DNA of 64,000 bases from the NCBI GenBank assembly GCA_034421335.1, contig DAOUKL010000021.1, positions 921-64,920 of the forward strand, given 5' to 3'. Positions 1 through 8,900 of the stretch are shown piece by piece. The notes under the pieces were generated by a model that saw only the letters and a program-made list of their open reading frames with translations, was not told where the DNA came from and did not search any database. This DNA comes from Dehalococcoidia bacterium. GTDB taxonomy: Bacteria; Chloroflexota; Dehalococcoidia; Lucifugimonadales; Australimonadaceae. A program made the position numbers and the translations under genes. How positions within the stretch are numbered: the stretch's first letter is position 1; each line of letters starts with the position of its first letter.

Positions 1-285
1 CACTGGCTGCCCGTCGACGCCTCCCGCATCAGCCGGATCGTCACCGCGCTGGTCGACAAGGGCCTGTTGCTGAGGCGCCGCCTGCGCGAGGACCGCCGCG
101 TCGTCATGCTGCGGCTGTCCGACGAGGGGAGGGACCTGACGCTTCGGGTCCGTGACCGCGTGGACGCGTTCACCGCCAGCCTCATGGAAGGGGTCGGCGA
201 GGGTGAACTGCGGGTCTTCCTATCCGTCGCCTCCAGGATCATCGCCAACCACGAAGCTCTCCAGGAATCCCAGGAACCCGAGTAG
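1..285 (+). CDS. MarR-family transcriptional regulator, C-terminal part (5' end lies outside the window)
   Basis: Frame +1 is open from base 1 to the stop at 283-285. The translation HWLPVDASRISRIVTALVDKGLLLRRRLREDRRVVMLRLSDEGRDLTLRVRDRV... is the recognition-helix and wing segment of MarR-type winged-helix regulators. The ORF track shows only the part from an internal start at 67. Confidence 0.75.
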   Translation, partial: HWLPVDASRISRIVTALVDKGLLLRRRLREDRRVVMLRLSDEGRDLTLRVRDRVDAFTASLMEGVGEGELRVFLSVASRIIANHEALQESQEPE

Positions 286-291
286 AACCGC

Positions 292-417
292 GCGCCCTCT
301 CTGCCCTTCGGGCATCTCCCCCACGGGGGGAGAGGGGGCGAGATTCCTGCTTCCGCAGGAATGACGGGTGTGTGCGCCCTCTCCGCCCCTTTTGGGCATC
401 TCCCCCACCGGGGGAGA
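292..417. repeat. Tandem pair of ~44-nt GC-rich intergenic repeat units flanking a small hairpin element
   Basis: gcgccctctctgcccttcgggcatctcccccacggggggaga (292-333) recurs as gcgccctctccgccccttttgggcatctcccccaccgggggaga (374-417). Each unit ends in a tctccccc/gggggaga hairpin. Between them, gattcctgcttccgcaggaatgacgg (342-367) forms a cctgc/gcagg hairpin. Its reverse complement (gtcattcctgcggaagcagg) resembles gtcactcccgcgaaggcggg at 59113-59132. Confidence 0.6.
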
Positions 418-468
418 ACGGTCGCTGGTCGTACGGGGCGTAAGACGGCGCGCCGGAGGAGTTGCGGC

Positions 469-1281
469 CTAGGGTTTGCCCGCCACGGCTTCGCCAAACG
501 CCACGCCTATGATGGCGCCGGGGTGGGCTCTCCACTTCTCGGCGGCGACGCGTATCTCGTCACACACCTGCCGGGTCGCCGCCCCGTACTGGATGGCCGC
601 CTCCGTGATCTCGGGCGACAGGAACCACTGGGTAATCAGGTTATAGGCGAAATCGACGTCCTCCGGCGAGCCGTAGGAGTCGAACGAAACGGTCGCCCGA
701 ACATTTGAGAACCCCGCATCCAGCAGGACGGTCTTCAACTCCTTGCCCATCTGGGGATGGCCGTCGCCCGCAGCCACGAGGTCTTCGAACATATCCCACA
801 TTCGCCGGCCGCCGCCGAAGTCGGGATGCATGAAGCACGACGCGCATATCATTTCACGGCAGGCGATGACGCCGCCGGGTTTCAGAACGCGCATCGCCTC
901 GGCGAGCGCGGCGCGGGTGTCGGGCACGTGCATGAGCACGTTGTGGCAGTGAGCGACGTCGAAGAAGCCGTCCTCGAAGGGAAGGTCCGTCACGTCGCCC
1001 ACCTGGAATATCGCGTTGCTCCGCCCGCCCGCTTCGGCGACGGACCTCGCCAGTTCGATCTGGGACTCCTCCATGTCCACGCCGTGCAGCTCGCCGGGGG
1101 CTACGGCTTTCGCAAGGCCCACCGAGATGGAGCCCGGCCCGCAGCCGAAATCGAGGACGCGGAGGCCGGGCCTGAGGTAGGGGAGCAGGTGCGCGGCATT
1201 GGCCTCCGCGGTGTAGCGCCGGAGAGCCGCGCTGTTGAAGCCGAGTGTATAGTCCGGCGTTGCGGTTGACTCGTAGGGCAT
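469..1281 (-). CDS. Class I SAM-dependent methyltransferase, paralog 1 of 3
   Basis: 270-aa ORF with ATG at 1279-1281. It has the SAM-binding glycine loop RVLDFGCGPGSISVGLA, an acidic loop (HGVDME) and the post-II motif LKPGGV. A conserved ~100-aa C-terminal extension is shared with the two downstream-numbered paralogs. Confidence 0.85.
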   Translation of the reverse strand: MPYESTATPDYTLGFNSAALRRYTAEANAAHLLPYLRPGLRVLDFGCGPGSISVGLAKAVAPGELHGVDMEESQIELARSVAEAGGRSNAIFQVGDVTDLPFEDGFFDVAHCHNVLMHVPDTRAALAEAMRVLKPGGVIACREMICASCFMHPDFGGGRRMWDMFEDLVAAGDGHPQMGKELKTVLLDAGFSNVRATVSFDSYGSPEDVDFAYNLITQWFLSPEITEAAIQYGAATRQVCDEIRVAAEKWRAHPGAIIGVAFGEAVAGKP

Positions 1282-1380
1282 TGCGGTACTCGCTACGTAT
1301 TCGCTCGGGCTGCGGAACGACCGCCGAGGAGATTTCCGTTCAGGGAGCGTTTCGCGTTTCGTGAGATGCGCCTCGCGTGA

Positions 1381-2208
1381 TCAGGCCTGGGGCTTGCCGG
1401 CCACGGCTTCTCCAAACGCCACGCCTATGATGGCGCCGGGGTGGACTCTCCACTTCTCGACGGCGACGCGTATGTCGCCGCACAGCTGCCGGGTCGCCGC
1501 TCCGTACTGGATGGCCGCTTCCGTGATCTCGGGCGACAGGAACCACTCCATGAGCAGGTTGTAGGCGAATTCGACGTCCTCCGGCGAGCTGTACATATCG
1601 AAAGAAGCGCCCGCCCGGACATTGGCGAATCCCGCCTCCAACATGGCGTTCTTCAAGTCCCTACCCATCTGGGGATGGCCGTCGGCGGCCGTCAGGAGGT
1701 CTTCCTGCACATCCCACATTCGTCGACCGCCATCGCGGTCGGGGCGCATGAAGCACGACCTGTAGATCATCTCGCGGCAGCCGATGACGCCGCCCGGCTT
1801 CAGAACGCGCATCACTTCGGCGAGCGCGGCGCGGGTGTCGGGCACGTGCATGAGCACGTTGTGGCAGTGAGCGACGTCGAAGAAGCCGTCCTCAAAGGGG
1901 AGGTCCGTCACGTCGCCCACATGGAATATCGCGTTGTCCTGCCCATGGTCCCTGGCGGCGGACTTCGCCAGCTCGATCTGGGACGCCTCCATGTCCACGC
2001 CGTGCAGCTCGCCGGGGGCCACGGCCTTCGCAAGGCCCACCGAGATGGAGCCCGGCCCGCAGCCGAAATCGAGAACGCGGAGGCCGGGCCTGAGGCAGGG
2101 AAGCAGATAGGCGGCGTTGGTCGCCGCCGTATACCGCTGAAGAGAGCGCAGGGCCCCGCTGCCGAAGCCGACCGTGTAGTCGGGCGTTGCGGTTGACTCG
2201 TAAGGCAT
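1381..2208 (-). CDS. Class I SAM-dependent methyltransferase, paralog 2 of 3
   Basis: 275-aa ORF, roughly 80 percent identical to paralog 1 by eye alignment. It has the same VLDFGCGPG motif. A 75-nt run (1819-1893) is identical to 901-975. Confidence 0.85.
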   Translation of the reverse strand: MPYESTATPDYTVGFGSGALRSLQRYTAATNAAYLLPCLRPGLRVLDFGCGPGSISVGLAKAVAPGELHGVDMEASQIELAKSAARDHGQDNAIFHVGDVTDLPFEDGFFDVAHCHNVLMHVPDTRAALAEVMRVLKPGGVIGCREMIYRSCFMRPDRDGGRRMWDVQEDLLTAADGHPQMGRDLKNAMLEAGFANVRAGASFDMYSSPEDVEFAYNLLMEWFLSPEITEAAIQYGAATRQLCGDIRVAVEKWRVHPGAIIGVAFGEAVAGKPQA

Positions 2209-2300
2209 TGCTGTATCGCTCGTCCTTGTTTGGGCTGCGGAACGACCGCCCGGGAGCGGTCCCGGTTCCGGGAGATGGCCTCGCGCCGGGCTTCACCCGG

Positions 2301-3128
2301 TCAGGGCGACGGCTTGTTGGCTACGGCTTCGCCGAACGCCACGCCTATGATGGCCCCCGGGTGGACCCTCCACTTCTCGTAGGCGACGCGTATCTCGTCG
2401 CACAGCTGCCGGGTCGCCGCCCCGTACTTGATGGCCGCCTCCGTGATCTCGGGACCCAGGAACCACTGGACGGCAAAGCCGTAGACGAATTCGACGTCTT
2501 CCGGGGCGCTGTACACGTCGAACGAAGCGGTCGCCCGGACATTGGCGAACCCCGCATCCAGCATGGCGGTCTTCAAGTCGCTCCCCATCTGTGGGTGGGC
2601 GTCGTCCATCGTCAGGAGATCCTCGAACATATCCCACGCTTTTCGGATGACGCCGAAGTCGGGGTGAGTAAAGCTCGATCCGCATATCATTTCGCGGCAG
2701 CCGATGACGCCGCCCGGCTTCAGAACGCGCATCGCCTCAGCGAGCACGGCGCAGGTGTCAGGAACGTGCATGAGCACGTTGTGGCAGTGAACGACGTCGA
2801 AGTAGCCATCCTCGAAGGGGAGCTTCGCCACGTCGCCCACGTGGAATGTCGCATTGCCCTGTCCGCTCGCCTTGGCGACGGCTCTCGCCAGCTCGACCTG
2901 GGACTCTTCCATGTCGACGCCATGCAGTTCGCCGGGGGCCACGGCCTTCGCAAGACCCACCGAGATTGTGCCCGGGCCGCAGCCGAAGTCGAGAACGCGG
3001 AGGCCGGGCCTGAGGTACGGAAGCAGGTACGCGGCGTTGGACGCGGCCGTATACCGCCGGAGGGACTCCAGGATCTCTTCGCCGAAGCCCATCGTGTAGT
3101 CGGGCGTTGAGGATGGCTGGTTCGTCAT
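2301..3128 (-). CDS. Class I SAM-dependent methyltransferase, paralog 3 of 3 (most divergent)
   Basis: 275-aa ORF with the same architecture and motifs (VLDFGCGPGTISVGLA, LKPGGV, and C-terminal ...HPGAIIGVAFGEAVA). It is first in transcription order on the minus strand. Confidence 0.85.
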   Translation of the reverse strand: MTNQPSSTPDYTMGFGEEILESLRRYTAASNAAYLLPYLRPGLRVLDFGCGPGTISVGLAKAVAPGELHGVDMEESQVELARAVAKASGQGNATFHVGDVAKLPFEDGYFDVVHCHNVLMHVPDTCAVLAEAMRVLKPGGVIGCREMICGSSFTHPDFGVIRKAWDMFEDLLTMDDAHPQMGSDLKTAMLDAGFANVRATASFDVYSAPEDVEFVYGFAVQWFLGPEITEAAIKYGAATRQLCDEIRVAYEKWRVHPGAIIGVAFGEAVANKPSP

Positions 3129-3284
3129 TGGGGGTATTCGCTCTAGGCTGCGAAAGGCGCCTAAAGATGATCAGCGCAGCGCAGCGGGCGCGGCGCCGAG
3201 GGTTCAACCTGCCGCCGGCGGGCCCGGCTTACGCTGGTCAAGTTGTAAACATGCGTCGTGAATACCTGCGCACGGTCATGCGTG

Positions 3285-3395
3285 GTTACGCGCCACGAAA
3301 CCGGAGCATCGTACCATCTTGTGTGTTACCGTTGCGTTACTTGCGCTGCAAATTGCTGTAATCGTTTGTAACTATTCGCGAGATTCGGGCATAAC
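3285..3395. promoter_or_regulatory. Candidate operator/promoter region between the methyltransferase array and the sensor-regulator gene
   Basis: This is the locally AT-richest stretch of the 320-nt divergent intergenic region. GT[TA]A[CT] pentamers start at 3285, 3325, 3336, 3358 and 3368, with spacings of 40, 11, 22 and 10 nt (about one helical turn or multiples). A 4+1+4 palindrome GCAAaTTGC lies at 3347-3355. A possible plus-strand promoter is TTGTAA (3366-3371), 18 nt, CATAAC (3390-3395), upstream of the TTG start at 3450. Confidence 0.3.
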
Positions 3396-3449
3396 GGGTC
3401 CTTTGGCGCCCCTTCCTTCCCGATCAGCAGGCCAATCGGAGGCAGCGAG

Positions 3450-5843
3450 TTGGAGCGACTGGATGAGCGAGACCGACGGATACGGGAACTCGAAGAGCGG
3501 CTCTCCCGCCTGAGCGAAGCCAGCCTTCGCATCAACGGGGACCTCGATTTCAGCACCGTGCTGCAGGGTGTGGTGGACAGCGCACGGTCGCTCACCTCCT
3601 CGCGCTACGGGGCGATGACCGTCCTTGGAGAGGACGGGTCTACGTCCGACTTCATCGTCTCCGGCCTGACCAGTGAGGAGCACCAAGGGCTTCGGGATAT
3701 GCCGGAAGGGCAGGGGCTCTTCGAGTATCTCAGCGGCCTTGCCGAGCCCCTGCGAGTCTCGAACATCGACAGCCACCTGAGAGAACTGAACATGCCGGAG
3801 CTCTCGCCCTCGGTGCCAGTGACCTCCCTCCTGGTGGCCCCGATCCGCCACCGGGGAGTCGGGGTCGGCGCCATCTATCTGGCTCACGGGGCGGACAGAA
3901 GGGAGTTCACGCAGGAGGACGAGGAGACGTTGGTCCTCTTCGCGTCCCAGGCGGCGATGGCCATCGCCAACGCCCGCAGGCACCGAGATGAGCAGCGGGC
4001 CAGGACCGACCTAGAGACGCTGATAGACATCTCCCCGGTGGGGGTGGCGGTCTTCGACACCGTGACGGGAGGCCCCAAGTCTTTCAACCGGGAGGCGCGG
4101 AGGATCGTCGACGGGCTGCGCAACCCCGGCCAGTCGCCGGAGGACCTTCTCACCGTGGTGACCTTCAGGCGGGCCGATGGACGGGAGGTCTCACTGCGGG
4201 AGTTCCCGGTTGTGGAGGCGCTGCGCTCGGGCGAGACGCTACGGGCCGAGGAGGTAGTCCTCAGCGTTCCCGACGGACGGAGCGTCACGTTGCTGCTCAA
4301 CGCGACGCCCATCCTTTCCGAGGGGGGCGCGGTGGAGTCGGTGGTCGTCACCATGCAGGACATGGCCGATGTGGAGGAGTTGGAGCGGATGCGGGCGGAG
4401 TTCCTGGCGATGGTGAGCCACGAGCTCCGGGCGCCCCTGACCTCCATCAAGGGTTCCGCCGCCACGGTGCTGGGCTCGTCAGCCGATATGGACCCTGCGG
4501 TGGCGCGACAGTTCTTCCGCATCATCGAGGAACAGGCCGACCATATGAACGACCTAGTGACGGACCTGCTCGACGTCGCTCGCATCGAGACAGGCACGCT
4601 GTCCGTCAGTCTCGAACCCGCGGAGATGGCCATGCTGGCGGACCGGGCGAGGAACGCCTTCAGAAGCGCGGGGGGCAGGAACAACCTGGCCATCGACATC
4701 GAGCCGGACCTGCCCCTGGTGATGGCGGACAAGCGGCGCATCATCCAGGTGCTGGGCAATCTGCTCGCCAACGCCGCGCGCCACTCCTCCGAGTCGTCCG
4801 TCATCAGGGTGACCGCCGTGCGGGAAGATGTTCACGTTGCGGTCTCGGTGGCCGACGAGGGGCGGGGCATCCCTGCCGGGAGCATGCCCCTCCTTTTTCG
4901 CAAGTTCTCCAGGGTGCAGTCCGAGGAGCAGAGCGGGGGCACGGGCCTGGGTCTGGCCATCTGCAAGGGGGTAGTGGAAGCGCACGGTGGCCGCATCTGG
5001 GCCGAGAGCGACGGGCCGGGCCTCGGCGCACGCTTCACCTTCACCCTGCCGACGGTGGGGGAAGCCGGGAGCGGCGCGGCGGGCGAACTCCTGCCCGTCT
5101 TCACCCGCTTCACGCGGCAAAGGCGGAGGGAAGATAGAGAGCAGGTGCGCGTCCTCGCGGTGGACGACGACCCCGACGACCTCCGCTTTATTCGCGACAC
5201 CCTCATCGAATCGGGCTACGCGCCGGTGGTGACCGGGGACCCGGAGGAGGCGGTCCGCCTCATGGAAGAGGAGAGACCCGAGCTGGCGCTGCTGGACCTG
5301 ATGCTTCCGGGCGCGGATGGCATCGAGCTTATGAAGGACATCCTGAAAGTGGCGGACGTGCCGGTCATCTTTCTGTCCGCCTACGGACGGGAGGAAGTCG
5401 TCGCCAGAGCCTTCGAGATGGGCGCCATTGACTACGTGGTGAAGCCTTTCTCTCCCACGGAACTCACGGCCAGGATCAAAGCGACCTTGCGAAGGCGGGC
5501 GACCGCCGAGCCGTCGGAACCCTACGTGCTGGGCGACCTGACCATCGACTACGCCCAGCGCAGAGCGACCCTGGCCGGTCACAGGGTGCAGTTGACCCCG
5601 ACGGAATACGGGATGCTGGCCGAGCTATCGGCCCATGCAGGGCGGGCGTTGACGCACGAACACCTGTTGGAACGGGTCTGGGGAGAGAGGGGCGACGGCG
5701 ACGTGCGGCGCATGCGCACCATCGTCAGCAAGCTCCGGAGCAAGCTGGGGGAGGACGCCGACAACCCCCTCTACATCTTCACCGAACCCCGCGTCGGCTT
5801 CCGGATGCCGAAGGGGGAGACGGGGAAGCCCGACGAGGAGTGA
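3450..5843 (+). CDS. Soluble hybrid sensor histidine kinase fused to a complete OmpR-type response regulator (GAF-PAS-HisKA-HATPase-REC-winged helix)
   Basis: TTG start at 3450, preceded by GGAGG (3438-3442, 7-nt spacer); 797 aa with no hydrophobic TM segment. Domain evidence in order: a GAF-like region (MPEGQGLFEYL...APIRHRGVGVGAIYL); H-box MVSHELRAPLTSIKG; ATPase boxes GTGLGLAICKGVVEAHGGRIWAES; receiver residues VLAVDDDPDD / LALLDLMLPGADG / IFLSAYG / VVKPF; and an OmpR/PhoB wHTH (LTPTEYGMLAELSAHAGRALTHEHLLERVWG...RTIVSKLRSKLG...VGFRM). Confidence 0.9.
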   Translation: MERLDERDRRIRELEERLSRLSEASLRINGDLDFSTVLQGVVDSARSLTSSRYGAMTVLGEDGSTSDFIVSGLTSEEHQGLRDMPEGQGLFEYLSGLAEPLRVSNIDSHLRELNMPELSPSVPVTSLLVAPIRHRGVGVGAIYLAHGADRREFTQEDEETLVLFASQAAMAIANARRHRDEQRARTDLETLIDISPVGVAVFDTVTGGPKSFNREARRIVDGLRNPGQSPEDLLTVVTFRRADGREVSLREFPVVEALRSGETLRAEEVVLSVPDGRSVTLLLNATPILSEGGAVESVVVTMQDMADVEELERMRAEFLAMVSHELRAPLTSIKGSAATVLGSSADMDPAVARQFFRIIEEQADHMNDLVTDLLDVARIETGTLSVSLEPAEMAMLADRARNAFRSAGGRNNLAIDIEPDLPLVMADKRRIIQVLGNLLANAARHSSESSVIRVTAVREDVHVAVSVADEGRGIPAGSMPLLFRKFSRVQSEEQSGGTGLGLAICKGVVEAHGGRIWAESDGPGLGARFTFTLPTVGEAGSGAAGELLPVFTRFTRQRRREDREQVRVLAVDDDPDDLRFIRDTLIESGYAPVVTGDPEEAVRLMEEERPELALLDLMLPGADGIELMKDILKVADVPVIFLSAYGREEVVARAFEMGAIDYVVKPFSPTELTARIKATLRRRATAEPSEPYVLGDLTIDYAQRRATLAGHRVQLTPTEYGMLAELSAHAGRALTHEHLLERVWGERGDGDVRRMRTIVSKLRSKLGEDADNPLYIFTEPRVGFRMPKGETGKPDEE

Positions 5844-5913
5844 GGTCGAGTCTTCTCCCCACCCCTCGTGGAAGGCCCTCGTCAGACGGAGGCCCCGGCT
5901 TCCCCAGCGCAGC

Positions 5914-8900
5914 CTAGCCCGCCGCTGACGGTTCCGGGGCGGGGGGTTCGGCGGAGGCCCGTCGGAACAGACGCCCCAGCAGCCGCGGGATGCTGTCGTT
6001 GAAGAGCATGTAGACGATGGGCAGGACGATCAGGGTGAGCGCCGTGGAGCTCATCAGGCCGCCGATGACGACCGTCGCCAGTTCGGCGCTGATGAGGCCG
6101 CCGCTGCCCTCGCTCGCCGCCGCCAGCGGCAGGAGGGCGAAACTGGTGGTGAGGGCGGTCATAAGAATGGGGCGCAGGCGTACACGCGCGCCGGACACGA
6201 GGGCCTCGTAGGTCTCCATGCCGCGGGCGCGCTGCTGCTCTACGAACGCTATGAGGACGATGGCGTTGGTGACGACAATGCCGATGAGCAGCAGCATGCC
6301 CATCATGGCGAGCAGTCCGAGCGAGCGCCCGGTCACGGCCAGCGCGGCGAACACGCCGATGAGCGCAAGGGGCAGCGTCGTGATGATGACGAAGGGGTTG
6401 CGCAGCGAGCCGAGGCTGGCGACCATGACGAGATAGACGAGGACGATGCCGACGGCCATGGAGATGAAGACGGCCTGGAAGCCCTCGGCGATGTCGGCGA
6501 AGACGCCGCCGCTCGCAACGCTCACCCCCGGCGGGAGTTGCAGGGCGTTGATCTTCTCCTGGACCAGGACTCCGACGGCCTGTGCGTCGTCCCCGATGAT
6601 GTCTCCGGTGATGCCGGCGGAGCGCACGCCGTCCGTGCGGCTGATCTCGACAGGGCCCTCGCGCACGGCGAGCTCGGCGATGTCTCCCAGGGGCGCCGAG
6701 CCGACCTGTCCCGCGATGATGAGGGATTCCACGCCGCTCAGCCCTCCGGTCGCCTGCGAGTCTCCGGCAACGACTACGTCGAGGATCTCGCCGTCTATCG
6801 TCATGGTCGTCACGGTCTGTCCGATGAGGTAGAGGCTGAGCTGGAAGGCGACCTGGCGCGTGGTGAGACCGAGGAGCGCGGCTTTCTCCGGGTCGACCTG
6901 TATCGCGACCTCGGGGCGGGCCTGCGCCACGGTGTTCTCCAGGTTGACGATGTCCTCGATGCTTCCGAGGGAGGCGGTCAGTTCGCGGGAGACTGCCGCG
7001 ATGTCGTCGTAGTCCGGGCCTGTGACGACGATTTCCACGCCGCCTGCCGGAGGGCCGTTCGCGATCTCGGTGATGCTGACCGTCCGCCCGGGTTTGGCGA
7101 GGTCTTCCCGGAGTATCTCCGCGACGTTCTCCGGCGCGTCGTCCCTGAGGGTTACGAAGAAATCGGCGCGGCGGGCCTGTCCCCCGCCGGTGAACCCGAA
7201 CTCAGACGCGCCGACGGTCACCGAATAGAGGTCGGAGACGCCGTCCAGCCGGTCCTCTATCTCGACGACCTCCGCGAGGGTCTGCTCCGGGGCGGTGCCC
7301 GGCGGCATGGTGAGCTCTATCCGCAGGCTGTCGGTTGCTCCGCCGAACAGGTTGACGGGGATGATGGCGGCCAGGCCGAGACTCGACAGCGTGATCGCGG
7401 CCGCGGCCAGCAGCGTGATGAGCTTGCGCCGCAACACCCACTTGAGGATGGACGTGTACACGCGCTGGAGGGCGGTCTCGGGCAGCACCAGGTCGCCCTC
7501 ATCGCCCGCTCCCTCGGGCAGGTCGCCGGGGCGGAGGAGGTACGCGCCGAGGACGGGGACCGCCGTCAGCGCGACGAACAGCGAGGCGATGAGCGCGAAG
7601 GTGACGGTGAGCGCGAAGGGCGAGAAGAACGCGCCGAAGAGGCCCGGGATGAACGCCAGCGGAAGGAAGACGACGACGGTGGTCATGGTCGAGGCGAAGA
7701 TGGCGGGGCCGACCTCGGTGGTGGCTTCCAACGCCGCGCGCCACCGCTCGCGTCCGCCCTGGATGTGGCGGTAGACGTTCTCCAGCACGACGATGGAGTC
7801 GTCGACGACGCGCCCCACGGAGATGGCGAGACCTCCGAAGGTCATGAAGTTGAGGGTCATGTCCTGCGAGAACATGAGCAGGATGCCGGTGAGGACGCTC
7901 AGGGGGATGGAGAGCGCGATGACGACGGTGGGGCGGAGCGTGTTGAAGAACCCGCGCACGACCGTCGGGCGGATGGTGAACATGAAGGCGAAGACCACGC
8001 AGACGGCGAAGAAGAAGCCGAATATCGCCTCCCTGGCGAGTGTGTCAATCTGGCCCTGGATATCGGGGCCCTGGTCCGCGACGACGACGATCTCGACGTC
8101 CGGGGGGAGCCCTTCGACACCGCGCAGCGCCTCGTTGACGGCCGTCGTCACGTCCACGGTGTTGGCGTCAGGTTCCTTGGTGATGGACACGCCGATGCCT
8201 GTCTTGCCGTTCGCGCGATTGATGCTGTCGGGCCTCCCGTCCCCGAGGGCGACCGTGGCCACATCGGCGAGACGCACCGGGCCGGTGGCTGCGGAGCCGC
8301 CCACGATGAGATCCTCGATGTCCCGCAGCGACTCCAGCGTGTAGGTCGTCTTGGCGATGACGGCCTGCGAGCCGTCGAAGAGGAGTCCCGCCGGGAGCGT
8401 AATGTTGTTCTCACTCAACGCTCCCGCGATCTGGAACAGCGGAATGCCGTTGGCCGCCATCTTCTCGGCGTCCACCGCAACGCGCACGCTGCGGTCCACG
8501 GTCCCGGCAAGTGAAACGTCCATGACGCCGTCGAGACCGGAGACCTCCGGCACGATGCGCGACTGCACGAGTTCCTGTATCTCCGGCAGGGGCCTGTCCG
8601 ATATGACGCTGAACTGGATGACCGGGAAGTCGTCCGGGTTGAAGCGCCCCACGTCCGGCTCCTGCACGCCCTCGGGGAAGTCGACGCCGCTCACGGCGGC
8701 CTCAACGGCCGCCTGCGCTTCCGCCATATCCGCGCCGTAGCGGAAGTTCGCGAATATCGTGGACCTGCCCTCGGACGAAGTGGACTGTATCGATTCGAGC
8801 TCCGGCGTATCGGCGATGGCCTGCTCGATGGGCCCAGTGACAGAGCGGACTACGGCCTCCGGGTCAGCGGAGGGGTAGGCAACGAAGACCGCGACCAGCG

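Noticed and set aside
292-417. Possible CRISPR array (repeated units near the left edge)
   Set aside because: There are only two units, and they are imperfect. They are separated by another repeat element rather than by unique spacers of uniform length, and no cas genes are present. They were classed as REP-like repeats instead.
3107-3361. 84-aa plus-strand ORF in the methyltransferase/sensor intergenic region
   Set aside because: It has no RBS, overlaps the 5' end of methyltransferase 3, and has an Arg-rich, unstructured translation. The region is better explained as regulatory DNA.
6538-8514. 658-aa plus-strand ORF
   Set aside because: It is entirely antisense to the RND transporter gene. 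Its composition is dominated by Asp/Gly/Arg/Glu/Ala runs with no recognisable motif. It is a typical stop-free shadow frame in GC-rich DNA.
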